Source of the DNA: Escherichia coli
GTDB lineage: Bacteria > Pseudomonadota > Gammaproteobacteria > Enterobacterales > Enterobacteriaceae
Reading direction: 5' to 3' (one strand)
Assembly (NCBI RefSeq): GCF_050320075.1
Contig: NZ_CP190018.1
DNA: 64,000 nucleotides
Shown here: positions 46,211 through 58,062 of the stretch, piece by piece
Numbering within the stretch: position 1 is the first letter of the stretch
How the letters are laid out: each line of letters opens with the position of its first letter
The notes under the pieces: model-generated
Database searches by the model: none
What the model saw: only the letters and a program-made list of their open reading frames with translations
What the model was told of the DNA's origin: nothing
Made by a program: the position numbers and the translations under genes

Positions 46211-46345
46211 ACCCTCCGTTAAATTCTTCGAGACGCCTTCCCGAAATTTTGCAACCTCCTGCAACGGCGTAAATAGTCCGGAAGATGCGCCGAAGAAATA
46301 GAAACTGGCCCTCGTCTTTTTTTCTCCTCGCTCCATACTGCCGGC

Positions 46346-46816
46346 ATGAAAACACAACGTGGTTATACGCTGATTGAAACGCTGGTCGCGATGCTGATTC
46401 TGGTCATGCTAAGCGCAAGTGGACTCTATGGCTGGCAATACTGGCAGCAGTCGCAACGGCTATGGCAAACCGCCAGCCAGGCGCGGGACTATTTGCTCTA
46501 TTTACGTGAAGATGCCAACTGGCATAACCGCGACCACAGTATCAGTGTTATCAGGGAGGGGACGTTATGGTGCCTTGTGAGTTCCGCTGCTGGGGCCAAT
46601 ACCTGCCATGGCAGTTCACCATTGGTCTTTGTGCCACGCTGGCCCGAAGTCGAAATGAGCGACCTGACACCTTCGCTTGCTTTCTTTGGCCTACGCAATA
46701 CCGCATGGGCCGGGCATATTCGCTTCAAAAACTCAACGGGCGAGTGGTGGCTGGTGGTTTCGCCGTGGGGAAGACTCCGGCTTTGTCAGCAAGGAGAAAC
46801 AGAAGGATGCCTGTAA
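46346..46816 (+). CDS. ppdA: prepilin peptidase-dependent protein A
   Basis: 156 aa; N-terminal type IV prepilin-like leader ([11 protein letters not shown]). Confidence 0.9.
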
Positions 46817-47370
46817 AAGAGCTAGGTTTTTCTCTGCTGGAAGTGTTGATTGCTATGGCGATCAGTAGCGTATTGTTGCTGGGGGCAGCACGCTTTCTGC
46901 CTGCGTTACAGCGTGAAAGTTTAACGAGCACCCGTAAGCTGGCGCTGGAAGATGAAATCTGGCTGCGGGTATTTACCGTTGCGAAGCATCTCCAGAGGGC
47001 GGGTTATTGTCATGGCAGCTGTACCGGCGAAGGGCTGGAAATTGTCGGACAGGGTGACTGTGTCATTGTGCAGTGGGATGCGAACAGTAACGGTATCTGG
47101 GATCGCGAACCGGTAAAAGAGTCCGACCAGATTGGATTTCGTCTGAAGGAGCATGTGCTGGAAACGCTACGCGGTGCGACATCCTGTGAAGGTAAGGGCT
47201 GGGATAAAGTCACTAATCCGGATGCCATCATTATCGACACTTTTCAGGTCGTACGTCAGGATGTCAGCGGCTTCTCGCCGGTGTTGACGGTTAATATGCG
47301 TGCTGCCAGTAAGTCTGAACCGCAAACCGTGGTGGATGCCAGCTATAGCGTGACAGGATTCAACCTGTGA
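46807..47370 (+). CDS. ppdB: prepilin peptidase-dependent protein B
   Basis: 187 aa from [17 protein letters not shown]; the ORF-track form is a longer upstream extension. Confidence 0.9.
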
Positions 47371-47774
47371 ACCGCGAAAAGGGTGTTTCGTCACTGGCTC
47401 TGGTCCTGATGCTGCTGGTTTTGGGTAGCTTGCTATTACAAGGAATGAGTCAGCAGGATCGCAGTTTTGCCTCTCGCGTGAGCATGGAAAGTCAGTCATT
47501 GCGCCGCCAGGCCATTGTTCAGTCGGCGCTGGAGTGGGGAAAAATGCACTCCTGGCAGACGCAGCCCGCAGTTCAGTGCTTACTGTACGCTGCCACCGGT
47601 GCCCGGGTTTGTCTGCGTTTATTGGCAGATAATGAGGCCTTATTGATTGCCGGTTATGAAGGCGTTTCGTTGTGGCGAACAGGCGAAGTCATCGATGGAA
47701 ACATTGTTTTTTCGCCACGCGGCTGGAGCGATTTTTGTCCGCTGAAAGAGAGGGCGTTATGTCAGCTTCCTTGA
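47367..47774 (+). CDS. ygdB: prepilin-like protein
   Basis: 135 aa; translationally coupled to ppdB. Confidence 0.85.
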   Translation: MNREKGVSSLALVLMLLVLGSLLLQGMSQQDRSFASRVSMESQSLRRQAIVQSALEWGKMHSWQTQPAVQCLLYAATGARVCLRLLADNEALLIAGYEGVSLWRTGEVIDGNIVFSPRGWSDFCPLKERALCQLP

Positions 47775-48082
47775 AGAATCAACAAGGCTTTAGCCTCCCG
47801 GAGGTGATGTTGGCAATGGTGCTGATGGTGATGATTGTCACTGCGTTATCGGGTTTCCAGCGAACATTAATGAACAGTCTTGCCAGTAGAAACCAGTACC
47901 AACAGCTCTGGCGGCATGGCTGGCAGCAAACGCAACTGCGTGCGATTTCGCCACCTGCCCACTGGCAGGTCAACCGAATGCAGACATCGCAAGCGGGATG
48001 TGTCAGCATCAGCGTTACGCTAGTTTCACCCGGGGGCAGAGAAGGCGAGATGACCCGCCTGCATTGCCCGAATCGTCAGTAG
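47759..48082 (+). CDS. ppdC: prepilin peptidase-dependent protein C
   Basis: 107 aa from [20 protein letters not shown]. Confidence 0.85.
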   Translation: MSASLKNQQGFSLPEVMLAMVLMVMIVTALSGFQRTLMNSLASRNQYQQLWRHGWQQTQLRAISPPAHWQVNRMQTSQAGCVSISVTLVSPGGREGEMTRLHCPNRQ

Positions 48083-48094
48083 TCAGGAGCCGCT

Positions 48095-51000
48095 ATGTTA
48101 AGGGTCTACCATTCCAATCGTCTGGACGTGCTGGAAGCGTTGATGGAGTTTATTGTCGAACGCGAACGGCTGGACGATCCTTTCGAACCAGAGATGATTC
48201 TGGTGCAAAGTACCGGTATGGCGCAGTGGCTGCAAATGACCCTGTCGCAAAAGTTTGGTATTGCGGCAAATATTGATTTTCCGCTGCCAGCGAGCTTTAT
48301 ATGGGATATGTTCGTCCGGGTGTTACCGGAGATCCCCAAAGAGAGTGCCTTTAACAAACAGAGCATGAGCTGGAAACTGATGACTCTGCTGCCGCAACTG
48401 TTGGAGCGCGAAGACTTTACCCTGTTGCGGCATTATCTGACTGACGATAGCGACAAGCGAAAACTGTTCCAGCTTTCTTCAAAAGCGGCGGACCTGTTTG
48501 ACCAGTATCTGGTCTATCGTCCGGACTGGCTGGCACAGTGGGAAACAGGACATTTGGTTGAAGGGCTGGGAGAAGCACAGGCTTGGCAAGCGCCGTTGTG
48601 GAAGGCGTTGGTGGAATATACCCATCAACTCGGGCAACCGCGCTGGCACCGCGCCAATCTCTATCAGCGCTTTATCGAAACGCTGGAGTCCGCGACGACC
48701 TGCCCCCCGGGGCTACCTTCGCGCGTCTTTATATGCGGTATTTCCGCGTTACCGCCTGTTTATCTCCAGGCGCTACAGGCGCTGGGTAAACATATTGAAA
48801 TCCATCTCCTGTTTACCAACCCCTGCCGTTATTACTGGGGCGACATTAAAGATCCTGCTTATCTGGCGAAACTGCTGACTCGTCAGCGTCGACACAGTTT
48901 TGAAGATCGCGAATTACCGCTATTTCGCGACAGCGAAAATGCCGGGCAGCTCTTTAACAGCGATGGTGAACAGGATGTCGGCAACCCGCTGCTGGCCTCA
49001 TGGGGCAAGCTTGGGCGCGACTACATTTATCTCCTTTCTGATCTGGAGGGCAGCCAGGAGCTGGACGCCTTTGTCGATGTCACGCCAGATAACCTGCTGC
49101 ATAACATTCAGTCTGACATTCTGGAACTTGAAAACTGCGCTGTTGCGGGTGTGAATATCGAAGAGTTTTCCCGTAGCGATAACAAACGCCTGCTTGATCC
49201 ACTGGATAACAGTATCACCTTCCACGTTTGCCATAGCCCGCAGCGTGAAGTTGAAGTTTTACACGATCGCCTGCTGGCAATGCTGGAGGAAGACCCGACA
49301 TTGACTCCGCGCGACATCATCGTGATGGTGGCCGACATCGACAGCTACAGTCCGTTTATTCAGGCAGTGTTTGGTAGCGCACCTGCGGATCGTTACCTAC
49401 CTTACGCCATTTCCGACCGTCGGGCGCGGCAGTCGCATCCTGTACTTGAAGCGTTTATCAGCCTGTTATCGTTGCCAGACAGCCGCTTTGTGTCGGAGGA
49501 CGTTCTGGCATTACTGGATGTGCCGGTGCTGGCGGCGCGGTTTGACATCACCGAAGAAGGGCTGCGTTATTTACGCCAGTGGGTCAACGAATCCGGCATT
49601 CGTTGGGGGATAGATGACGACAACGTTCGCGAGCTGGAACTCCCCGCTACCGGTCAACACACCTGGCGGTTTGGCCTGACGCGCATGTTGCTGGGCTACG
49701 CGATGGAGAGTGCGCAGGGCGAGTGGCAATCGGTTCTACCTTATGATGAATCGAGCGGCTTAATTGCAGAACTGGTGGGGCATCTGGCTTCACTGCTAAT
49801 GCAGCTAAACATCTGGCGTCGCGGGCTGGCGCAGGAGCGTCCGCTGGAAGAGTGGTTGCCGGTTTGTCGCGATATGCTCAACGCCTTCTTCCTGCCGGAT
49901 GCGGAAACCGAAGCGGCGATGACGCTGATCGAACAACAATGGCAGGCGATTATCGCCGAAGGTTTAGGTGCGCAGTATGGCGACGCGGTGCCGCTGTCAC
50001 TATTGCGTGATGAACTGGCACAGCGCCTGGATCAGGAACGTATCAGCCAGCGTTTTCTCGCCGGGCCGGTTAACATTTGTACTCTGATGCCAATGCGTTC
50101 CATCCCATTCAAAGTGGTTTGCCTGCTGGGAATGAACGACGGCGTTTATCCACGCCAGCTTGCGCCATTGGGCTTTGACCTGATGAGCCAGAAACCGAAG
50201 CGTGGCGACCGTAGTCGTCGCGATGACGACCGCTATCTGTTCCTGGAAGCGTTAATTTCCGCGCAGCAAAAACTCTATATCAGCTATATCGGGCGTTCTA
50301 TTAAGGATAACAGTGAACGTTTCCCGTCGGTACTGGTGCAGGAACTGATCGACTACATCGGGCAAAGCCATTATCTACCGGGCGATGAAGCGCTCAACTG
50401 TGATGAAAGCGAGGCAAGGGTAAAAGCGCATCTTACTTGCCTCCATACCCGGATGCCGTTTGATCCGCAAAACTACCAGCCAGGCGAACGACAAAGCTAT
50501 GCTCGTGAATGGCTACCTGCGGCCAGCCAGGCTGGTAAAGCACATTCTGAATTTGTTCAGCCGCTGCCGTTTACCTTACCGGAAACCGTGCCGCTGGAAA
50601 CGCTACAACGATTCTGGGCACATCCGGTACGGGCGTTCTTCCAGATGCGTTTGCAGGTGAACTTCCGTACTGAAGACAGCGAAATCCCCGACACCGAGCC
50701 ATTTATTCTGGAAGGGCTTAGCCGTTATCAAATCAATCAGCAGTTATTGAATGCACTGGTTGAGCAGGATGATGCCGAACGCTTGTTCCGCCGCTTCCGG
50801 GCGGCAGGGGATTTACCGTATGGCGCTTTTGGTGAAATTTTCTGGGAAACACAGTGCCAGGAGATGCAGCAGCTTGCCGACAGAGTTATTGCCTGTCGCC
50901 AGCCGGGGCAGAGTATGGAAATTGATCTCGCCTGCAACGGTGTGCAGATAACTGGCTGGTTGCCGCAGGTGCAGCCGGATGGCCTGTTGCGCTGGCGTCC

Positions 51001-51463
51001 CTCTTTATTAAGTGTGGCGCAGGGAATGCAACTTTGGCTGGAACACCTTGTCTACTGTGCCAGCGGTGGTAATGGTGAAAGTCGCCTTTTTCTACGCAAA
51101 GACGGCGAGTGGCGTTTTCCGCCGCTTGCAGCCGAACAGGCTTTGCATTACCTCTCACAACTGATTGAGGGGTATCGTGAAGGAATGTCCGCGCCATTGC
51201 TGGTGTTACCTGAAAGTGGCGGCGCGTGGCTAAAAACCTGTTATGACGCGCAAAACGATGCCATGCTGGATGACGATTCCACGTTACAAAAAGCCCGTAC
51301 GAAATTCCTTCAGGCTTACGAAGGCAACATGATGGTGCGTGGCGAAGGTGATGATATCTGGTATCAACGGCTCTGGCGGCAATTAACACCAGAGACAATG
51401 GAGGCCATCGTTGAACAGTCGCAACGTTTCCTGTTACCGCTGTTTCGCTTTAATCAGTCATGA
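48095..51463 (+). CDS. recC: exodeoxyribonuclease V gamma subunit
   Basis: 1122 aa; conserved recC-ptrA-recB-recD order. Confidence 0.97.
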   Translation: MLRVYHSNRLDVLEALMEFIVERERLDDPFEPEMILVQSTGMAQWLQMTLSQKFGIAANIDFPLPASFIWDMFVRVLPEIPKESAFNKQSMSWKLMTLLPQLLEREDFTLLRHYLTDDSDKRKLFQLSSKAADLFDQYLVYRPDWLAQWETGHLVEGLGEAQAWQAPLWKALVEYTHQLGQPRWHRANLYQRFIETLESATTCPPGLPSRVFICGISALPPVYLQALQALGKHIEIHLLFTNPCRYYWGDIKDPAYLAKLLTRQRRHSFEDRELPLFRDSENAGQLFNSDGEQDVGNPLLASWGKLGRDYIYLLSDLEGSQELDAFVDVTPDNLLHNIQSDILELENCAVAGVNIEEFSRSDNKRLLDPLDNSITFHVCHSPQREVEVLHDRLLAMLEEDPTLTPRDIIVMVADIDSYSPFIQAVFGSAPADRYLPYAISDRRARQSHPVLEAFISLLSLPDSRFVSEDVLALLDVPVLAARFDITEEGLRYLRQWVNESGIRWGIDDDNVRELELPATGQHTWRFGLTRMLLGYAMESAQGEWQSVLPYDESSGLIAELVGHLASLLMQLNIWRRGLAQERPLEEWLPVCRDMLNAFFLPDAETEAAMTLIEQQWQAIIAEGLGAQYGDAVPLSLLRDELAQRLDQERISQRFLAGPVNICTLMPMRSIPFKVVCLLGMNDGVYPRQLAPLGFDLMSQKPKRGDRSRRDDDRYLFLEALISAQQKLYISYIGRSIKDNSERFPSVLVQELIDYIGQSHYLPGDEALNCDESEARVKAHLTCLHTRMPFDPQNYQPGERQSYAREWLPAASQAGKAHSEFVQPLPFTLPETVPLETLQRFWAHPVRAFFQMRLQVNFRTEDSEIPDTEPFILEGLSRYQINQQLLNALVEQDDAERLFRRFRAAGDLPYGAFGEIFWETQCQEMQQLADRVIACRQPGQSMEIDLACNGVQITGWLPQVQPDGLLRWRPSLLSVAQGMQLWLEHLVYCASGGNGESRLFLRKDGEWRFPPLAAEQALHYLSQLIEGYREGMSAPLLVLPESGGAWLKTCYDAQNDAMLDDDSTLQKARTKFLQAYEGNMMVRGEGDDIWYQRLWRQLTPETMEAIVEQSQRFLLPLFRFNQS

Positions 51464-51638
51464 GTGCTGTATAAAAATTGCGCAATATATCTGCTTGCTT
51501 TATGATGCGCACCAGTCACGGACTGATGGATATATAGACATAGGCTGACTCGTGCAGCACAAGATTAAATTCTGGCAGATGATTTGCGTTAACCTGTTGA
51601 ATCTGGCCAGAAAATAAAGTTGATTATGAGGTCCGTGA

Positions 51639-54527
51639 ATGCCCCGCAGCACCTGGTTCAAAGCATTATTGTTGTTTGTTGCCCTTTGGGCACCCTTAAG
51701 TCAGGCAGAAACGGGATGGCAGCCGATTCAGGAAACCATCCGTAAAAGTGATAAAGATAACCGCCAGTATCAGGCTATACGTCTGGATAACGGTATGGTG
51801 GTCTTGCTGGTTTCTGATCCGCAGGCGGTTAAATCGCTCTCGGCGCTGGTAGTGCCCGTTGGGTCGCTGGAAGATCCCGAGGCGTACCAGGGGCTGGCAC
51901 ATTACCTTGAACATATGAGTCTGATGGGGTCGAAAAAGTACCCGCAGGCTGACAGTCTGGCCGAATATCTCAAAATGCACGGCGGCAGTCACAATGCCAG
52001 CACGGCACCGTATCGCACGGCTTTCTATCTGGAAGTTGAGAACGACGCCTTGCCCGGTGCGGTAGACCGCCTGGCGGACGCTATTGCAGAACCCTTGCTC
52101 GACAAGAAATACGCCGAACGTGAACGTAATGCAGTGAATGCCGAATTAACCATGGCGCGTACGCGTGACGGGATGCGCATGGCACAGGTCAGCGCAGAAA
52201 CCATTAACCCGGCACACCCCGGTTCAAAGTTTTCTGGTGGTAACCTCGAAACTTTAAGCGACAAACCCGGAAATCCGGTACAGCAGGCGCTGAAAGATTT
52301 CCACGAGAAGTACTATTCCGCCAATCTGATGAAGGCGGTTATTTACAGCAATAAACCGCTGCCGGAGTTGGCAAAAATGGCGGCGGACACCTTTGGTCGC
52401 GTGCCGAACAAAGAGAGCAAAAAACCGGAAATCACCGTGCCGGTAGTCACCGACGCGCAAAAGGGCATTATCATTCATTACGTCCCGGCGCTGCCGCGTA
52501 AAGTTCTGCGCGTTGAGTTTCGCATCGATAACAATTCAGCGAAGTTCCGTAGTAAAACGGATGAATTGATTACCTATCTGATCGGTAATCGCAGCCCAGG
52601 TACACTTTCTGACTGGCTGCAAAAGCAGGGATTAGTTGAGGGCATTAGCGCCAATTCCGATCCTATCGTCAACGGCAACAGCGGCGTATTAGCGATCTCT
52701 GCGTCTTTAACCGATAAAGGTCTGGCGAATCGCGATCAGGTTGTGGCGGCCATTTTTAGCTACCTCAATCTGTTACGCGAAAAAGGGATTGATAAACAAT
52801 ACTTCGATGAACTGGCGAATGTGCTGGATATCGACTTCCGTTATCCGTCAATCACCCGTGATATGGATTACGTCGAATGGCTGGCAGATACCATGATTCG
52901 CGTTCCTGTTGAGCATACGCTGGATGCAGTCAATATTGCCGATCGGTACGACGCTAAAGCAGTAAAAGAACGCCTGGCGATGATGACGCCGCAGAATGCG
53001 CGTATCTGGTATATCAGCCCGAAAGAGCCGCACAACAAAACGGCTTACTTTGTCGATGCGCCGTATCAGGTCGATAAAATTAGCGCACAAACTTTCGCTG
53101 ACTGGCAGAAAAAAGCCGCCGACATTGCGCTCTCTTTGCCAGAGCTTAACCCCTATATTCCTGACGATTTCTCGCTGATTAAGTCAGAGAAGAAATATGA
53201 CCATCCAGAGCTGATTGTTGATGAGTCGAATCTGCGTGTGGTGTATGCGCCAAGCCGTTATTTTTCCAGCGAACCCAAAGCTGATGTCAGCCTGATTTTG
53301 CGTAACCCGAAAGCCATGGACAGCGCCCGCAATCAGGTGATGTTTGCGCTCAATGATTATCTCGCAGGGCTGGCGCTTGATCAGTTAAGCAACCAGGCGT
53401 CGGTTGGTGGCATAAGTTTTTCCACCAATGCTAACAACGGCCTTATGGTTAATGCCAATGGTTACACCCAGCGCCTGCCGCAGCTGTTCCAGGCATTGCT
53501 CGAGGGGTACTTTAGCTATACCGCTACGGAAGATCAGCTTGAGCAGGCGAAGTCCTGGTATAACCAGATGATGGATTCTGCAGAAAAGGGCAAAGCGTTC
53601 GAGCAGGCGATTATGCCCGCCCAGATGCTCTCGCAAGTGCCGTACTTCTCGCGAGATGAACGGCGCAAAATTTTGCCCTCCATTACTTTGAAAGAGGTGC
53701 TGGCCTATCGCGACGCCTTAAAATCAGGGGCTCGACCAGAGTTTATGGTTATTGGCAACATGACCGAAGCCCAGGCAACAACGCTGGCACGCGATGTGCA
53801 AAAACAGTTGGGCGCTGATGGTTCGGAGTGGTGTCGTAACAAAGATGTCGTGGTCGATAAAAAACAATCCGTCATCTTTGAAAAAGCCGGTAACAGCACC
53901 GACTCCGCACTGGCAGCGGTATTTGTACCGACTGGCTACGATGAATACACCAGCTCAGCCTATAGCTCTCTGTTGGGGCAGATCGTACAGCCGTGGTTCT
54001 ACAATCAGTTGCGTACCGAAGAACAGTTGGGCTATGCCGTGTTTGCGTTTCCAATGAGCGTGGGGCGTCAGTGGGGCATGGGCTTCCTGTTGCAAAGCAA
54101 TGATAAACAGCCTTCATTCTTGTGGGAGCGTTACAAGGCGTTTTTCCCAACCGCAGAGGCAAAATTGCGGACGATGAAGCCAGAAGAGTTTGCGCAAATC
54201 CAGCAGGCGGTAATAACCCAGATGCTGCAGGCACCGCAAACGCTCGGCGAAGAAGCATCGAAGTTAAGTAAAGATTTCGATCGCGGCAATATGCGCTTCG
54301 ATTCGCGTGATAAAATCGTGGCCCAGATAAAACTGCTGACGCCGCAAAAACTTGCTGATTTCTTCCATCAGGCGGTGGTCGAGCCGCAAGGCATGGCTAT
54401 TCTGTCGCAGATTTCTGGCAGCCAGAACGGGAAAGCCGAATATGTGCATCCTGAAGGCTGGAAAGTGTGGGAGAACGTCAGCGCGTTGCAGCAAACAATG
54501 CCCCTGATGAGTGAAAAGAATGAGTGA
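51639..54527 (+). CDS. ptrA: protease III (pitrilysin), M16 zinc metalloprotease
   Basis: 962 aa; signal peptide; inverted zinc motif HYLEH. Confidence 0.97.
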   Translation: MPRSTWFKALLLFVALWAPLSQAETGWQPIQETIRKSDKDNRQYQAIRLDNGMVVLLVSDPQAVKSLSALVVPVGSLEDPEAYQGLAHYLEHMSLMGSKKYPQADSLAEYLKMHGGSHNASTAPYRTAFYLEVENDALPGAVDRLADAIAEPLLDKKYAERERNAVNAELTMARTRDGMRMAQVSAETINPAHPGSKFSGGNLETLSDKPGNPVQQALKDFHEKYYSANLMKAVIYSNKPLPELAKMAADTFGRVPNKESKKPEITVPVVTDAQKGIIIHYVPALPRKVLRVEFRIDNNSAKFRSKTDELITYLIGNRSPGTLSDWLQKQGLVEGISANSDPIVNGNSGVLAISASLTDKGLANRDQVVAAIFSYLNLLREKGIDKQYFDELANVLDIDFRYPSITRDMDYVEWLADTMIRVPVEHTLDAVNIADRYDAKAVKERLAMMTPQNARIWYISPKEPHNKTAYFVDAPYQVDKISAQTFADWQKKAADIALSLPELNPYIPDDFSLIKSEKKYDHPELIVDESNLRVVYAPSRYFSSEPKADVSLILRNPKAMDSARNQVMFALNDYLAGLALDQLSNQASVGGISFSTNANNGLMVNANGYTQRLPQLFQALLEGYFSYTATEDQLEQAKSWYNQMMDSAEKGKAFEQAIMPAQMLSQVPYFSRDERRKILPSITLKEVLAYRDALKSGARPEFMVIGNMTEAQATTLARDVQKQLGADGSEWCRNKDVVVDKKQSVIFEKAGNSTDSALAAVFVPTGYDEYTSSAYSSLLGQIVQPWFYNQLRTEEQLGYAVFAFPMSVGRQWGMGFLLQSNDKQPSFLWERYKAFFPTAEAKLRTMKPEEFAQIQQAVITQMLQAPQTLGEEASKLSKDFDRGNMRFDSRDKIVAQIKLLTPQKLADFFHQAVVEPQGMAILSQISGSQNGKAEYVHPEGWKVWENVSALQQTMPLMSEKNE

Positions 54528-57500
54528 TGTCGCCGAGACACTAGATCCTTTGCGCTTGCCCTTACAGGGCGAGCGCCTGATTGAAGCCTCTGCCGGCACA
54601 GGCAAAACCTTTACGATTGCGGCGCTCTATTTGCGCCTGTTACTTGGACTAGGCGGTTCTGCCGCCTTTCCCCGCCCGCTGACCGTTGAAGAACTGCTGG
54701 TGGTCACCTTTACCGAGGCTGCCACGGCAGAATTGCGCGGTCGTATCCGTAGCAATATCCATGAGTTGCGCATCGCCTGTCTGCGTGAAACCACCGACAA
54801 TCCACTGTACGAACGCCTGCTGGAAGAGATCGACGATAAAGCGCAAGCCGCGCAGTGGTTGTTGTTAGCCGAACGGCAGATGGATGAAGCGGCAGTCTTT
54901 ACTATTCACGGTTTTTGCCAGCGCATGCTCAACCTGAATGCCTTTGAATCCGGCATGCTGTTTGAGCAGCAGCTGATTGAAGATGAGTCTCTGCTACGCT
55001 ACCAGGCCTGCGCCGATTTCTGGCGTCGCCACTGCTACCCGCTGCCGCGTGAAATTGCCCAGGTGGTCTTTGAAACCTGGAAAGGGCCGCAGGCGTTGCT
55101 GCGCGATATTAATCGTTATCTGCAAGGCGAAGCACCGGTTATCAAAGCACCGCCGCCCGATGATGAAACGCTGGCTTCCCGCCACGCGCAAATTGTGGCG
55201 CGTATCGACGCCGTAAAACAGCAGTGGCGCGACGCGGTGGGTGAACTGGATGCGCTGATCGAATCTTCTGGTATTGATCGACGCAAGTTTAACCGTAGCA
55301 ATCAGGCTAAATGGATCGACAAGATCAGCGCCTGGGCAGAAGAAGAGACCAACAGTTATCAGTTACCGGAGTCGCTGGAAAAATTCTCTCAGCGTTTCTT
55401 AGAAGATCGCACGAAAGCCGGGGGGGAAACCCCGCGACATCCACTGTTTGAGGCGATCGATCAACTGCTTGCAGAACCATTGTCGATCCGCGATCTGCTG
55501 ATAACCCGCGCATTGGCTGAGATCCGCGAAACAGTAGCGCGTGAAAAACGCCGCCGTGGCGAATTGGGTTTTGATGACATGTTAAGTCGGCTCGATTCCG
55601 CGCTGCGTAGCGAAAGCGGCGAGGTGTTGGCAGCGGCGATCCGTACGCGATTCCCGGTGGCAATGATCGATGAATTTCAGGATACCGACCCCCAGCAGTA
55701 CCGAATTTTTCGCCGTATCTGGCACCATCAGCCGGAAACCGCATTGTTGCTGATTGGCGACCCGAAACAGGCCATATATGCATTCCGGGGTGCGGATATC
55801 TTCACTTATATGAAGGCGCGTAGCGAAGTTCACGCCCACTACACTTTAGATACCAACTGGCGCTCCGCACCAGGAATGGTGAACAGCGTGAATAAGCTTT
55901 TCAGTCAGACTGATGACGCGTTCATGTTTCGCGAAATTCCTTTTATTCCAGTGAAATCAGCCGGGAAAAATCAGGCGTTACGTTTTGTGTTTAAAGGTGA
56001 AACGCAGCCTGCGATGAAAATGTGGCTGATGGAAGGCGAAAGCTGCGGCGTTGGCGACTATCAAAGTACCATGGCGCAGGTATGTGCTGCGCAAATCCGC
56101 GACTGGCTACAAGCCGGACAGCGGGGCGAAGCGTTGCTGATGAACGGCGACGACGCGCGTCCGGTGCGTGCTTCGGACATCAGTGTGCTGGTGCGCAGCC
56201 GCCAGGAGGCCGCCCAGGTGCGCGACGCCTTAACGTTGCTGGAAATCCCTTCCGTTTACCTTTCGAACCGCGACAGTGTTTTTGAAACTCTGGAAGCGCA
56301 GGAAATGCTTTGGTTGTTGCAGGCGGTGATGACGCCCGAACGTGAGAACACCCTGCGTAGTGCGCTGGCAACGTCAATGATGGGGCTGAACGCGCTGGAT
56401 ATCGAAACGCTGAACAATGACGAACATGCGTGGGATGCGGTAGTCGAAGAGTTCGATGGTTATCGGCAAATCTGGCGCAAACGTGGCGTTATGCCGATGC
56501 TGCGGGCGCTGATGTCGGCGCGTAACATTGCTGAAAACTTGCTGGCAACGGCAGGCGGTGAGCGGCGTCTTACCGATATCTTGCATATCAGCGAACTGCT
56601 ACAAGAAGCCGGAACGCAGCTGGAAAGTGAACATGCGCTGGTACGCTGGTTATCGCAACATATCCTCGAGCCAGACAGTAATGCCTCCAGCCAACAAATG
56701 CGCCTCGAAAGTGATAAACATCTGGTGCAGATTGTCACGATCCATAAATCAAAAGGGCTGGAATATCCGCTGGTCTGGTTGCCATTTATTACCAATTTCC
56801 GCGTCCAGGATCAGGCGTTCTATCACGATCGCCACTCGTTTGAGGCTGTTCTGGATCTTAATGCTGCGCCAGAAAGCGTCGACCTCGCGGAGGCCGAACG
56901 TCTGGCGGAAGATCTGCGTTTGCTTTACGTGGCGCTGACGCGTTCGGTTTGGCATTGCAGTCTCGGCGTTGCACCGCTGGTGCGCCGTCGTGGCGATAAA
57001 AAAGGTGACACCGACGTCCACCAAAGTGCGCTCGGGCGTTTGCTGCAAAAAGGGGAACCGCAAGATGCGGCAGGGCTTCGCACCTGTATTGAAGCGTTAT
57101 GCGATGATGATATTGCCTGGCAAACGGCACAAACGGGTGATAACCAGCCCTGGCAGGTTAATGATGCTATAACTGCAGAACTGAATGCGAGGACACTACA
57201 ACGATTGCCCGGCGATAACTGGCGTGTCACCAGCTACTCCGGTTTGCAGCAGCGTGGTCACGGTATCGCTCAGGATCTGATGCCACGGCTGGATGTTGAT
57301 GCCGCAGGCGTGGTCAGCGTCGTTGAAGAACCGACGTTAACACCGCATCAGTTCCCGCGCGGTGCGTCACCGGGGACATTCTTGCACAGTTTGTTTGAAG
57401 ACCTCGATTTTACCCAGCCGGTTGACCCGAACTGGGTACAGGAAAAACTGGAACTCGGCGGCTTTGAATCGCAGTGGGAACCGGTGTTGACCGAGTGGAT

Positions 57501-58062
57501 CACGGCTGTCCTCCAGGCACCTCTCAATGAAACGGGTGTTAGCCTGAGTCAGCTTTCCGACCGCGATAAACAGGTGGAGATGGAGTTTTACCTGCCGATT
57601 AGTGAACCGCTCATCGCCAGCCAGCTTGATGCACTAATTCGCCAGTTTGATCCGCTATCCGCTGGCTGCCCGCCGCTGGAGTTCATGCAGGTACGCGGCA
57701 TGTTAAAAGGCTTTATCGACCTGGTATTCCGCCACGAAGGGCGTTATTACCTGCTCGACTATAAATCCAACTGGCTGGGTGAAGACAGTTCGGCTTACAC
57801 CCAACAGGCTATGGCAGCGGCGATGCAGGCACACCGCTATGATCTGCAATATCAGCTTTATACCCTGGCGCTGCACCGTTATCTGCGCCATCGCATTGCT
57901 GATTACGACTATGATCGTCACTTTGGCGGCGTTATCTATCTGTTCCTGCGTGGCGTTGATAAAGAACATCCGCAACAAGGGATTTACACAACCCGACCCA
58001 ACGCCGGGTTGATTGACCTGATGGATGAGATGTTTGCCGGTATGACCCTGGAGGAGGCGTAA
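54520..58062 (+). CDS. recB: exodeoxyribonuclease V beta subunit (helicase-nuclease)
   Basis: 1180 aa from [11 protein letters not shown]; Walker A (ASAGTGKT); overlaps ptrA end by 8 nt. Confidence 0.97.
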   Translation: MSDVAETLDPLRLPLQGERLIEASAGTGKTFTIAALYLRLLLGLGGSAAFPRPLTVEELLVVTFTEAATAELRGRIRSNIHELRIACLRETTDNPLYERLLEEIDDKAQAAQWLLLAERQMDEAAVFTIHGFCQRMLNLNAFESGMLFEQQLIEDESLLRYQACADFWRRHCYPLPREIAQVVFETWKGPQALLRDINRYLQGEAPVIKAPPPDDETLASRHAQIVARIDAVKQQWRDAVGELDALIESSGIDRRKFNRSNQAKWIDKISAWAEEETNSYQLPESLEKFSQRFLEDRTKAGGETPRHPLFEAIDQLLAEPLSIRDLLITRALAEIRETVAREKRRRGELGFDDMLSRLDSALRSESGEVLAAAIRTRFPVAMIDEFQDTDPQQYRIFRRIWHHQPETALLLIGDPKQAIYAFRGADIFTYMKARSEVHAHYTLDTNWRSAPGMVNSVNKLFSQTDDAFMFREIPFIPVKSAGKNQALRFVFKGETQPAMKMWLMEGESCGVGDYQSTMAQVCAAQIRDWLQAGQRGEALLMNGDDARPVRASDISVLVRSRQEAAQVRDALTLLEIPSVYLSNRDSVFETLEAQEMLWLLQAVMTPERENTLRSALATSMMGLNALDIETLNNDEHAWDAVVEEFDGYRQIWRKRGVMPMLRALMSARNIAENLLATAGGERRLTDILHISELLQEAGTQLESEHALVRWLSQHILEPDSNASSQQMRLESDKHLVQIVTIHKSKGLEYPLVWLPFITNFRVQDQAFYHDRHSFEAVLDLNAAPESVDLAEAERLAEDLRLLYVALTRSVWHCSLGVAPLVRRRGDKKGDTDVHQSALGRLLQKGEPQDAAGLRTCIEALCDDDIAWQTAQTGDNQPWQVNDAITAELNARTLQRLPGDNWRVTSYSGLQQRGHGIAQDLMPRLDVDAAGVVSVVEEPTLTPHQFPRGASPGTFLHSLFEDLDFTQPVDPNWVQEKLELGGFESQWEPVLTEWITAVLQAPLNETGVSLSQLSDRDKQVEMEFYLPISEPLIASQLDALIRQFDPLSAGCPPLEFMQVRGMLKGFIDLVFRHEGRYYLLDYKSNWLGEDSSAYTQQAMAAAMQAHRYDLQYQLYTLALHRYLRHRIADYDYDRHFGGVIYLFLRGVDKEHPQQGIYTTRPNAGLIDLMDEMFAGMTLEEA